Source of the DNA: Trypethelium eluteriae
Taxonomy: Eukaryota
DNA length: 33,154 nucleotides
Direction of reading: 5' to 3'
NCBI GenBank assembly: GCA_051942245.1
Contig: JAVECL010000246.1
Span: 1 to 33,154 of the forward strand
Below are positions 20,104-32,074 of the stretch, in pieces (the first letter of the stretch is position 1; each line of letters opens with the position of its first letter). Position numbers and translations under genes: made by a program. The notes below the pieces were generated by a model. It did not search any database. It saw only the letters and a list, made by a program, of their open reading frames with translations, and had not been told where the DNA came from.

Positions 20104-22213
20104 ATGGCCATACAGTTGCTGTGGGGCCATGCTCCGCGGGTACGGTCTCTGACTTTCATCAGGCGGGCATTCGCCACTATAGCCAATGACTCCAGGTCAC
20201 CTCTCTTCCATCATCTGAAAGCTCATCTACCATACTAATAAACTCGGTAGACTCTACGATGTCGTCGTCATTGGCGGAGGTCATGCGGGAGCCGAAGCTG
20301 GTGCAGCAGCAGCACGATCAGGAGCTCGAACAATCCTCGTTACTCCAAAGCTTGACAACCTTGGCGTTTGTTCCTGCAATCCAAGCTTTGGCGGCATTGG
20401 CAAAGGGACGATGCTGCGCGAGATCGATGCCTTAGATGGAGTTGCGGGCCGCATCGTAGACAAAGCCGGAGTCCAATTTCGAGTCCTCAATCGTAAAAAA
20501 GGGCCCGCTGTTTGGGGACCGAGGGCGCAGATTGACCGGAAGCTCTATAAGCGATATATGCGGGAAGAGCTCACGGCATATCCGAATCTGTCCGTGCTAG
20601 AAGACAGTGTGGCAGATGTCGTTGTTGCAAAGGAGGAGGGCAGACAAGCGGAGGCAGAAGGGAGGCATGGCAAGATTAGAGGAGTTCGGTTGGAATCGGG
20701 AGAGGTTATTCCTACGGGCAATGTTGTCATTACGACAGGGACATTCCTCGGCGGAGAAATACACATTGGTTTGGATGTGTTTCCCTCAGGACGAATCGGT
20801 GAAGCGGCTACCTTTGGCTTAAGCAAATCCTTACGAGAAGCTGGCTTTACTCTTGGGCGTCTCAAAACAGGCACGCCACCACGCCTCGATCGCAGAACGA
20901 TTAACTTCCCCATCCTCGAGCCTCAATTTGGCGACGAACCTCCGATGCCATTTAGCTATCTCAATGAAACTGTCGCAGTTCAGGAACAGCTCCCTTGTCA
21001 CAATACACATACCAATGCGTCCACCCACGACATCATTCGCGCCAACTTGGACAAGTCCATTCACATCCGAGAAACGGTGAAAGGTCCGCGCTATTGTCCG
21101 TCACTCGAGTCCAAAGTGATTCGCTTTGGAGAAAGAGAAGAGCATATCGTGTGGCTCGAGCCTGAGGGCTTCGATACTGATGTGATCTACCCGAATGGTA
21201 TCTCTATGACTGTACCTGCTGATGCTCAAACTGCAATGTTACGAACGATGCGCGGTCTTGAGAATGTCACGATGCTGCAGCCTGGATACGGCGTGGAGTA
21301 TGATTATGTTGATCCGAGGAACTTACGCAGTACGCTGGAGACGAAGCTCATCGGCGGATTGTTTCTTGCAGGTCAGATAAACGGCACGACGGGCTACGAA
21401 GAAGCTGCCGGACAGGGCATAGTCGCAGGCATCAATGCAGGACTGAAAAGCTTGGGGAAGGAACCGATGACGCTCTCACGAGCAGACGGATACATCGGTA
21501 TAATGATCGACGATCTCGTCACCAAAGGCGTCAGCGAGCCCTATCGCATGTTTACCTCCCGTAGTGAATACCGCATGTCCGCTCGCGCTGACAACGCCGA
21601 CTTGCGCCTCACGCAGAAGGGTCGGGATGCCGGGGTGGTAGGCGATAAGCGCTGGACTCACTTCAGTGATACCTTGGGTGAAATGCAGGCGCTGCAGAAA
21701 TTGCTGGAAGGCACGAGACTCTCTACGTCGGCGTGGGTCGAGGCGGGATACCCCGTTCGCAGGGACACGCAACATCGGTCTGCTTTTGAGCTTTTAAGGA
21801 TCGCATCAGTGACGACGGAGTCATTAGTCCCGAAAGCCCCTGAAATCAGTAAGTTCTCGCCGTACGTCAGGGAGCGGATTGATATTGAGGGCGTCTACGC
21901 ACCGTACGTTGCGCAGCAAAAGGCCTCGATCGCAGTGTTCTTGAAAGACGAGAACTTGCGCCTACCAAAAGATTTGGATTATGAAGGTATCCATGGCCTG
22001 AGTGTCGAAGAGAAGAGCATTCTTGCTAATATGAAACCCGAGAGTGTTGGTATGGCCAGGAGAATCGAGGGCGTGACTCCACATGGTGCGCTAAGGTTAC
22101 TGGCTTTCATCAGAGGCCAAAAGAAGGCAAGACTACAAGAACAGTCCTTTCAGCAGGCTCAGTCTATGATGCAACTGCGGCAGGAGGGTGCATTCATGGA
22201 GGTAACGCCTTAG
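20104..22213 (+). CDS. MTO1: Mitochondrial tRNA U34 modification enzyme MTO1/GidA (MnmG); join(20104..20195,20251..22213), ~684 aa
   Basis: [61 protein letters not shown] and [11 protein letters not shown]. Exon 1 ([25 protein letters not shown]) resembles a presequence. Intron 20196-20250 has a weak GTCACC donor, an ACTAAT branch point and a TAG acceptor. Confidence 0.96.
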
Positions 22214-23210
22214 CTAGAGGACCCAAGAGCTACAGCCAGCAGTCTATGTGTGTGTCGAAAACCCTTCAGGGATTTGTCCAGTCATACAGGCGCCAATTTA
22301 TTCACCAATCCATTAAGCCCTCAAGTTCTGGAAATTTCATTTCGCAGGCCACCCTCCATTTCCTTCAATTCAGCTCCCGGCGATAATCAGACCGACTTCC
22401 CATAGGTTCACGTCGGTCAAATAGGGTTGGAAGGTAGCACTTACCGATTACTTAGGACAAGCTATCTGCGTTCACCTATGGCCCCGCGTTGGAAGAGGCG
22501 GGTGGAGAGCCCAAAGCCTCACTCCGCCTGCGCCTGATAGCAGGGCGAGTGCTGAAGAATATGTCAGTTTTCTGGTGCCAATCGCGTCATTACTGTACTA
22601 TTTGATGATGAAGTACCTTCGATGGCGCCTCTGATGGCGAACCTGCACCGTTACGACTTCGATCAGGACCAAGTTGTAAAGGCTTCAATTAGGCTGAAAG
22701 CCACCGAGTAACAACTTTTGTCCTTCAAAGCGGGAATTTCTCGACTCTTGTGGATATCGCATAGGTATCTTATGTGTGAAGTGGTTCGCGTGATGAGGAG
22801 TTAAATGCTGTATTACAACTACAATACGAGCGGCACTCTGAGAGCGCTGGTTTGCCAATGCACGACTACACTCAATCTGTATTCTTCCTCTTTCAGCGTT
22901 CTCGCAGTCTAGACGATCAATAACCTACCAAACAATTTCTATTCAATATACTTTCTAGGGTTCTCTTTGTCCGGTTAGGACAAGCGACGGACAAATATAA
23001 CCGACTTTTATCAAGGCTCCGTTTCGCAAATTTTCTGCCCATAGTCTGCATGGACCTCCATGATATCCGTCAAGAAACGCAGATGATTGCTGGGGGGAGG
23101 CCAACCAACGTGCAAGGGAGCTTTGCGAGGAGGCGCGTCACAGTGCAGGAAAGTGTCCGAAAGAGTAAAAGCAGGCTACGAGGTCCTTTCTCAGGTGATA
23201 GCATCATTCA

Positions 23211-23860
23211 CTACTTACAAATATTACTTCCAAGAAGAGCACGGCCGGGAAAAGTAGATATGGTCAATTGGGTGAAGAGACAAAGGTAAGATTCTTCGAG
23301 GTGGACAATGCCCCACATGAAAGCATGTACAAGAAACTGGGCGAAGACCTGCACATTGAATTGATGAGAAGAAGCAATATACGCATCAATCCATGGAGTT
23401 TCTGAGCGGATCAGCTCATTCGTATGCCAGTATTTTACCCAGGAGCGGAGCACACAATTATCCTTGGAGTAGAAAAGCTTATGGGCAGTGTCCCCGAACG
23501 CCTTGGTGACTGGGAATACGAGGAACGAGACGAAAAGCAGGTGCAACGGAGGTTCAAATTGGGGAGGTCTTGAAACCAGAATGAATATAGACCGAAGACA
23601 GATTTCGTGAAGTGTCCGCAGGCCCGCGACAAAGCCAAATATCTGTCCGCAAGACTCGTGCTTTGTGGGGATTTTCTATAGACTATGAGCCGCCTTGCTA
23701 CTACGAAGGGAGTACGCTCTAGGATGAGAAATTGAAGCTCTCCAGGAAGGTCAAGGAATCAAAGGATTTGAATAAATGAGATCTTTCAATTGCCGCGAAC
23801 GCATTCACCAGGGAAAGATCCTGGAGCTCCCGAGTGTTGTTTCCTAGGCTCAAGTCACCG
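23211..23860 (-). pseudogene. Decayed F-box-type gene with at least two frameshifts
   Basis: The minus strand from 23758 reads FLDLPGELQFLILERTPFV...NLRCTCFSS, then shifts frame near 23520 into FLVFPVTKAFGDTAHKLFYSKDN. Upstream, LSLGNNTRELQDLSLVNAFAAIERSHLFKSF is one base out of frame with FLDLP. Confidence 0.5.
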
Positions 23861-24473
23861 CGGAGAAATGATATCAGAGACCAGCTCGGGTAATTGGCCT
23901 AGCCAACTAGACGCTGGACATTTTATTGAACCGTTCGGACGGGTACGAATTTATCTCGCACAAGGCACAGTGCAGAAGGAACACAGCTAGCGACCTGTCT
24001 AGCGTTTCCGATGCCTCGCCTACGCCGACTGTAGTGTCTCCAGCGTCGACCGATACGCTTGCTTTGGTAGTCTTGTGGGTCACTGAGGCTCACCATGGTG
24101 AATATGACGGCGTTAAGGAGACTGACGATAGTACGCTTTTCTCCGAAGGTGTTTTCGTGACGGTCTCATGAACCCCGACGGTGTTGAAGTTGAGCCGGCG
24201 GCTCCAAGATCGGCCGGCGGCTCATCATGAAAGGCAAAATCATTAATGCCGTCGGCACAGCCATCTCGTGGACACTCACAAATAATTCCGAGTCGGGATT
24301 TGGGAACGGCCTTTGCAGTAGTCATTGCAACTCCTATCATCGCCTTCCACAAACTCCTGAAAGCCCTTCTCCAAACTCCGGCAGTGGCGCAATCTGGAGC
24401 CCGACTATACCGGTGTCGCAGCTATAGTACCTCCGACGCTGAAAATCTCGGTAGAACTAGTTGTGACAGGCGC

Positions 24474-24914
24474 TTAGAGAATGTGGAATTCCCCTCGCCT
24501 GGTCGAGCTCCCATACACACCACTCACAGGTGTTCTCGACGGACATGGCAACGAGCTGTTACTGGAAATCGAGGAGCCGTTGACAGATATAATGGCTGTG
24601 GCGGTCGCGGTCATGGTAGTGGTAGTGGTAGTGGTGGTAGACGAGGTTGTGGAGTTAGTAGAGTTGAGGGGAAGAGAGACGCCTTTGCACGTTGCGTTCA
24701 TGCCGCAACCTTCCGAAGCGGAGATGGTAGCAGGAGTGGAGCCCCTATTAGCAGCTAGAAAGGTAGTATTGAAGGAGCACGGAGATCCAGTTATGATTGA
24801 AGTAACCGTAGTGGTCGTCAGGGTCCTCGAGCATGTAGTCGTGTTTGCTTGCTGTGCCCTGCCCAGCTTCACAGTTGCCAGAGCGATGAGAAAGAGCGTG
24901 CATAGATGCTTCAT
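24474..24914 (-). CDS. Secreted Ser/Thr-rich protein; 3' structure uncertain (possible intron or decay)
   Basis: Signal-peptide-like MKHLCTLFLIALATVKLGRA from ATG 24914, poly-Thr tracts, N-x-S/T sequons and scattered Cys. A GTGAGT donor after ...CPSRTP, with a downstream CTAAG...TAG, suggests the ORF end shown is not the true end. Confidence 0.6.
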   Translation of the reverse strand: MKHLCTLFLIALATVKLGRAQQANTTTCSRTLTTTTVTSIITGSPCSFNTTFLAANRGSTPATISASEGCGMNATCKGVSLPLNSTNSTTSSTTTTTTTTMTATATAIISVNGSSISSNSSLPCPSRTPVSGVYGSSTRRGEFHIL

Positions 24915-25991
24915 ATTAGATATACTATAATTGTCTGACTTCATGTGATGCAACGGAGTCGAAATAAAGAATATGCAGAATATGCAGAATAAGTAGGCCT
25001 TAAGGTAGATGTCTGCGATGGGAATGCAAGAAAGTAGAGATCAGACTCTTGCTAGATATCTAAATAGGAGATCAAATGAAGGACTTAATTGGACACGAAT
25101 ACCGTATGAAGGCAGTCATGAGCGGAAATACGAAATAGACAGACAGACTCGACAGAAGAAATCTCCTACAGTTGTTACGTATGCGATGCAGCCATCCCTA
25201 AGAATTTCCGTTCCAGCAGAACACATCTATGCTCGTCCGTGATACCGACGACCGCTATTCCACTATGGTGCAACCGTTAGACACGCCATAAGTTCCTCGA
25301 TACGAGGATACTAGCTTAGGACATGACGCTCAAGGCTGAAAACACGATCTCTCGGGCCCAAGTCTGTGCACGAGCCCTGAATTCGCAGCACTGATAAGAG
25401 CTCATGAAACCGGGACAGTTCTAAGCCTCAACAATGCCCTTTGGAATGACCTTCAGGCGGTATTCCATGTGAAACACACAAGTGCCATTCCCCCGCTGAA
25501 TCAGAAGTCCTACGACCTGGTTGAGGTAACGGCGTTTCGCAGGCGGGAAGGTATTGCCGTGGCTGTGGACTTACAGAGGTGGTGATCATTGGGATATGGC
25601 GATCTGGAATGCCAAGCGTGCCACACGATACACACTGCAGTGGACTTAAATGCGATACCGCAGGCATGGAGTGCAAATTTTCATCTGGATTTGCATCTAT
25701 TGATCTATCTATTGATCTCTTTGTTTGTAGCAATGCTCGCCAATTGATCGAGCAATCGCCATTTCAAGTAGCCAGAGAAAGTACCGAGCGACTGAAAACT
25801 GCAACCAAGGGATTGCTACCGAATTTTCAGTAGACTGTGGACCCGAAACTGTTCCCGCAAGAATGCTTCGCCTTAGCCATCCCGAGCTAATAGTACCGTG
25901 ACTGCCGGCAATTCCAAGTCATCCTTCGCATGAGCAATGCTCTACCGTCTTTCCAGCAATGACCGCCCCGTCCGTCGCTTCTGCCCTTCCT

Positions 25992-28900
25992 TCAAGACCC
26001 TCTGAACAAGAATTGCATGTCCTCGGGCGTAAGCTTCTCCATAGCAACCTTGTCGTTGTTGATCGTGCCATTGATCATATTCGCTTTCTTCTCCTGCAAC
26101 ATCACCATACGACTCTCGACAGAGTCTTCGATGCACAGGCGTGTAATGACACAAGGACGCTTCTGTCCGATACGATGACAGCGATCTGCAGACTGCCATT
26201 CCGCTGCAGGGTTCCACCACCTGGAAATATGTCAGCATTCGTATCAGTGGCAGGCGCGGTAAATGGGGAATGGGCTTACGGATCGACGATGAAGACCCGA
26301 GACGCCTCGGTCAGGTTCAATGCCACACCACCAGCCTTCAAGCTCACCAAAAACACTTCTACATCCGGGTTTGTCATGAAGTACTCGATGCTCCTTTGCC
26401 TCTGAATCGGCGTCATGCTCCCATCAAGCATCACAGTATTGAAACCCGCCCTCCTCAGCCGCCACTCGATGAGCTGTAGCATACTGGTGAATTGACTGAA
26501 GACGATACTCTTCAACGTTTGCTTCTTGCTGCGCAGCTTGTATAAGTCGTAGACCAGCATCTCGATTTTCGTAGACGATGTCCAATTTTCCATGCGGATA
26601 CGATTGATGATGGAGGACTTCTTGACGAGTTCTTCATCCTGCTCGATGTCTGGCTGGTCGAAGTCGATGCTAAGGGGTAGATGGCAGCGTGGACAATCAG
26701 GGTCGCCACCTGCACCTTCGCAAGATTTGACGTAATTCTTGACGCAAGAACGGCAGAACTCATGCTTGCACTTGGATCGAATGGCCTCTTCGGCGGGTTC
26801 GTCGCAGATATTGCAGACGAGCACGTTTTGGCCTTCAGCAGCGTTTTTCTTCAGGATTAGATCAGGATGATTTGCGACTTGACGCATTTGCATGATCAGA
26901 CCGAAAATGTTGGCGTAATTGTTCAACATGACACCTCGAGAGACGTAGGTATCGAATTGACGCGTTGTGTTTGTCATGATACTTGAAGAGAAGTCACGCT
27001 CAATCTCGCCGAAGAATTCATTGTGTAAGACGATTTCCTTGGGCGGCAATTCCATGGAAGCAGTGTGGTCGCGCTTCATCCGTCGAAGCATGACACGGCT
27101 AGTAATGAGGTGGAGCTTATCCATGGCTGCGCGTCGCAATTCCGGGCTGTCACTTGTGGTGATGGGATTGAGAATCTCCTGGTTGAAGACCGAGACGTGT
27201 TCCATCTGCGCGTGATTGCATTGCTCACATTTATGGTCCGATCCAGGATTCCAGTGCAATTGCGAACAGGAGCAGCGCTTGCAGAAGTAGTCGGCAAAGG
27301 GTCGTACCTCGAGGAATCGTAGCAATGAAAAGAATTCTCCAATGCGATTCTGTACGGGAGTTCCAGACAAGCACCATTTATACATGCCTTTCAGAGCAAA
27401 GCAGGCTCGAGCGACGCCAGTAGTCCGCTGCTTGATGCTGTGTGCCTCGTCGAGAATCAGACGATGGAAGTCAATGGCGTGAATCGGAGAATCCTCTTTG
27501 ATTATGTCGTCTCCACGCGTCCAGCCTTTGGTTTCTTTGCGATACAGAGACTCCAAGCTGTTGTAGGAAATCATAATGACGTCGTGCTTCTGGAGCTCCT
27601 TGACCGACATGCCTTTCACTTTGGAATTTTGACCGTGAAAGACAATAACCTTGAGTTTGCCGTCCGTGTAATCCTTGATCTCGTTCGACCACTGCATGAG
27701 AGCAACAGGCGGAACAACGACAAGCGTTGGTTTTGGAGCCGGGTAGTCCGACATGATGAGTGACACAGCCTGGATTGTCTTGCCCATGCCCATTTCGTCG
27801 CCGAGCAAGCCACCACGGTATTTGGTCTTTTCTTGCTGCATCATCCAGTTCAAACCTTCTAGCTGAAATGATTTGAGCTTACGACTAATACATTCCGGCT
27901 GCTTGGCTTGTTTTGTCTCAATCTTGTCGGATTTTTCCAGCTCCTCCCACATAGTGAGGATGCCGGGATGAGCCTGTTCAAGTTTCTTCCGTTCCCTGAT
28001 CGCTCTTCTGCTCATTGTTCCTAGCAAAACACTCTCCGCAGCTCGCTGACGGCGCCGGTTGCGAATGCGACTTTGAATGGCCCGATTTGTAGTACGGACG
28101 TCCTCAGCTGGCGCTGACTGTGGCTGATTAGATTCATCGTCAGTTCTCTCTTCTGAATCATCAGCTGAATCGAGAGAATACGGCAGGGAGGTTAGATCAT
28201 CGGAATCGGTCGTCTCTGATGTGGCTGACTCGTCAGTGTCGCGAACAACTGAAGTACGGACTCTAGAGATGGCTTTGCGCGCACTGGAGCCTGCAGCTCT
28301 AGCAGATCTCCCAGGAGCCACTGCCGTTCCTTTGGAGCCGGACGGTCCCGCTTTCGAGGCAGTTGACGGCCCAGCTCTTGACTTCTGGTAGTTGGATCCT
28401 GAAGGTCTGCCGCGCTTCCGGTTGGCGAGGGGGAAATCATCATCATCTGAAACTTCGGAGTCTGGAACTTCAAGATCATCCTCACTTTCTAGATCGTCGT
28501 CGCTAGATGCTACGGTTCTTTTGGCACGCTTCCTCTCAGGCTCCTGGTATTCTTCTTCCTGAAGCCTGCGCGCAAGCGCTGCGTCGTGAGCGGTTCTTGC
28601 ATCTACCACGACCTCATCCTCTTCCTCACTATCCATTATTTCCAGGGCCTTCCTCTTGCCTTTATTCATTCTTGTAATGGTCACTTCGCTAGGAGCACGC
28701 CCTTTGCCCTTGTTAGACATAAAGGCCAGCGGAGTTCCAACTGTACTCGTTTCAGGTGTCTCATAATCTGCGGAGTTGTCGCGAGTTGACGGCTCAAGAG
28801 AACTTAGTGAAGAAGTACTATCGCCAGATTTGCGCTTTGGAGCAGGCTTGACAAATTCATTGTTCATGACGGGAATTGATACAGCTTGCAACGTCCGGCG

Positions 28901-29082
28901 AGTGGATCTAGTGGAAGCAACTGCACTGTTGTCAGCACTTGCGTCGTTTGCAAAAAACGTTTGCTGGGTACAGGGTGAACGGCAGTCGTAGTTCAAAGCC
29001 AGCGTGAGTGACGAGACTATTAAAAGTAAATGTGACTGATCATACCTGCACCTCCAGTCGGAGTTCTCTTTGGTCGAGCCAT
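25992..29082 (-). CDS. RAD16: DNA repair protein RAD16 (SNF2 ATPase with embedded RING finger); complement join(25992..26220,26280..28920,29046..29082), ~968 aa
   Basis: [30 protein letters not shown]3HC4 RING (CNIC...CKHEFCRSC...CPRC), [23 protein letters not shown]. Last exon [19 protein letters not shown]...DMQFLFRGS*. Introns 26221-26279 and 28921-29045 have GT donors, GCTGAC branch points and CAG acceptors and keep the frame. Confidence 0.96.
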
Positions 29083-29321
29083 TTCAAGAGCTTAGCCTTT
29101 CGGACCAGACTCAATGAAAGTGAGCATAGACTCAAGCGTATGATCCGCACGTTTGTAATACTGAAAGTGATCTAAAAGATGGACAATCTGAAGACACTTA
29201 CAATAATGGAGAGGAATATCGCAAGCAATCCAACATGGGAAAGTTAAGGCAGGGGCAGAATACCCTAAAGCCGCGATAATGTCGATCACTAGCCGATTGG
29301 CCAAGAGAGATCGACAAGGAT

Positions 29322-29370
29322 ACGCGCGACGCGTTAGTGGCAACAGTGGCAACGCGTCAAGTCGCGCCGA
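29322..29370. promoter_or_regulatory. Cluster of MCB-like (ACGCGT/CGCG) elements upstream of RAD16
   Basis: ACGCGT at 29329-29334 and 29352-29357, ACGCGC at 29322 and TCGCG at 29362, ~250 nt upstream of the ATG. A CCAAT box lies on the minus strand at 29296-29300. Confidence 0.55.
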
Positions 29371-31555
29371 GACACTTTAAAGAGAGAGGCACGAAGTAGG
29401 AGATTTTTGAGGTTTGAGCGTGCTGACACAACGTCACTGGATAATTGAGAAACGGGAAAGGGAGTATGAGTCATAAGTGAGGATCGAGTCCTAGGTACAG
29501 TACCTAAGAGGTAGGTAAGGTACTGGTGCCTACCTGCTCCTGCCTTCTTTGGCTTCTATGAGGCCTTCTGGAGGGTTGATCTTCTTGCGGTGCCTAGGAC
29601 GAAACCTTGGCCTCACTTCCGGCATCTCACACCCCTCAGCATTAGATTCCGACTCTATTTTGAGAATTGTTCTCGCAGACACTGCCGCACTGCGGTAATC
29701 AGAAGGTTAGATTGTCATGGAAACCTCTCCTCTTTATCTTTTTGGGAGACGTCTCACACTCATTCACGCATGGCGCTTTCTGTCCTACAGGGTGAACACA
29801 TCTCAAGAATCTATTCTTGGAACGACCATTTCCACCCTGTCATCTACTGTAAATCCAGGCTGCCTCTCAGGAATATCTGATCAGCACTGGTCCTTCCCTA
29901 AGCATGGCTTTTATTGTAGCAATAACAGCCAAGTCGGGACTTCACTAGCACTTCCCAAGGTTTCTGAGGTTCAACTAAAATTACTTGCGAGTTCCCTTGT
30001 CTCATCAACAATTATTAGGAGGCAGTGGCTTTCGGGGCCGGTTCTCATAATGACCGAATAGTCGTGCAACGCAGCGAGATAGATTGTGGACCACACGATT
30101 CATCCGAAGGATTGAAATGGTCATCCCTTAGCTGAACATAATTTGCAACATGGGCAGAGCTCTCATTGGGTGTACATTCGGCGCTTCATCTCAATTTCGC
30201 CGACATGCTCGTGTTGGTAAACATAAATCTTCTACTATATATGGTCTGAGAATGCAACTACGCTGACTCAAACGTAAGAGGATCATCCAATTTCTTCCAG
30301 CTCACCACGACAAAAAAGCCAGACTTGGCAGACAAATAGAAAATACACAAAGAGACAAGATGAAAATCTAATCAAAACTATCATCTCTTGTGAAGCGAAG
30401 AGCATATGTAGAGAAGGAACTGTGACATTGAAATGCCTTGGAGGGCGGATGCTTTCCTTCCGCAATATGGAAGCAGAATCAATGAAGCTTTTTTTCCCCT
30501 CCAATACCAATCGATACATCTCAGGATGCAATTGCCTTTCTGCTGGACAGTGGACCTGGCACATTCTATCGCTGAATTGCATTCACATTGGATGCGTTGA
30601 GTACTGTGACGATAGTAAAGATGTACTGGAAATCCGGATGAGTGTTGACATGAGTACATACACAGTGAAGATCTTGGCTCGATCTGAACAATAGTAGAGT
30701 TCAACTGTTTCTTTTTTTCCTTTATTAAGTGCTTTGGATTGCTTGGAGCGCATTGCTTTTGCATGAAACCCACAAGGGGTAAGAACTCATGAACATCAAG
30801 AATCCTTTGTCAACGACTTGCAAGCAATATTTCCTAGGAAGAAGGAGGAGACCGGTCAACTTGGAGAGGGCAAGGGTTCAGCAAAGAATGAAACTTACCT
30901 AGTACTGCACTATTACGGAGTTCTTGAGGTCAGTGCACGAAACTACCACACGCCCGCATATCTCCAGCTCTGAAATTCTTACATTTCTAGCATCATGCGT
31001 TCGGGCAACTCTTTCATATTCATATTCCGAACCAACATTTTCATATTCCGAAGCAACCTACCACCCCGGTGGTATTTCTTCGGACCCTTTCCACGGAGTA
31101 TGGCTGTCCCGCATGTACAAGCTAGGCACCAACTTCATCCAGAGTGGGACCCCACAATTACGATGGATCCAACAGAGCTCCCTCCAGACAGCACTAGGAT
31201 AGTTACATCTTTCACATGGATGGACTAGTTGATAATCGTGACACGCCCAGGAGGAGAGGGTAATCTCGCAATCATTGGCTAGATATGGATCTGACGACAA
31301 GGTTGCTCGGCTCCCGAAGAGCTGAGCTATAGGCACAGTGCTTCATGCAGATGCTTGCTCTGTCTCTCAGCACCGTCCAGATGAGTTGTCTCACCGCTCT
31401 GAGGGGTGCCCTTGTATACCTTTAGTCAAGCTCGAGTGAAAAATATTTAAGTCTGTCTCATTTCCCCTCCCTCAGCGTTTTCCTTAGCTTCCAAAGACCT
31501 CGACTCTTAGCAATCAGTTCTACGTCAGATATCTCAAATAACTCCAACATCCACC

Positions 31556-32074
31556 ATGGCACACAAAGCGATCAGCAGGTATGGCTTCAATTGCTCGAGT
31601 GTGTTACTATGCCGAGGGAAAAGGTGATCTGACATTCCTTTCGATGAACAGCAAAGCCGAAATCGACTCCGCCATTGCCACAAAGGGCAAGAACGTCCTC
31701 ATCTACCTTCACACCGGCGACCTCGACCCAGTGGCCGATGAGTAAGTGAACCGCAAGCCGTTACCGTCTCCTCTCCATGTACAAGCACTTCCCCACAGGT
31801 CCTCTACGAATAGTAGAATCACACACCCAAGAGCGCCAGTTTGCCGGCCTCTTACCAGCAACAGAAATAACTGATAGTGTGTAATAGATGGGCCGGCAAA
31901 TATACGAACAGCACCGACTTCTATAAGATCGCCGTTGACAAAAGCGCCGAGGGCAAGGAGTACTTCAATGTCACCACCACCCCAACCATCGCCGTCTTCA
32001 AAAATGGCTCTGAGGTGAAGAAGGTCGAGGGTGGTAGCATTGAGAACATGGAGGCAATCGCATCTGTGCTTTAG
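31556..32074 (+). CDS. Thioredoxin-fold protein lacking the CxxC active site; join(31556..31578,31652..31741,31888..32074), 99 aa
   Basis: Strong start context (CCACCATGG) and introns GTATGG...CTGAC...CAG and GTAAGT...CTGAT...TAG. Product: MAHKAISSKAEIDSAIATKGKNVLIYLHTGDLDPVADEWAGKYTNSTDFYKIAVDKSAEGKEYFNVTTTPTIAVFKNGSEVKKVEGGSIENMEAIASVL. It has the Trx hallmarks FYKxxVD, cis-Pro xPT and FKNGxxVxxVxG. Confidence 0.85.

Noticed and set aside
19995..20189. 64-aa ORF as the first exon of MTO1
   Set aside because: It stops at 20187-20189, before the donor. The frame from ATG 20104 gives a presequence-like peptide and splices in frame.
24481..24930. Val-rich + strand ORF
   Set aside because: Antisense reading of the poly-Thr codons of the secreted protein.
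28921..28996. RAD16 N-terminus MNYDCRSP... from the ORF track
   Set aside because: Starts at TTG inside predicted intron 1; the ATG exon is 29046-29082.
29590..30780. AT-richer interval as a transposon remnant or gene
   Set aside because: No terminal repeats, transposase or reverse transcriptase motifs, and only short unrecognisable ORFs.
31742..31887. Longer intron 2 of the thioredoxin-like gene hiding a CxxC micro-exon or nested intron
   Set aside because: The missing motif maps inside exon 2, upstream of this intron. The internal CAG/GT at ~31798 has a poor donor, and I found no WCxxC coding sequence.
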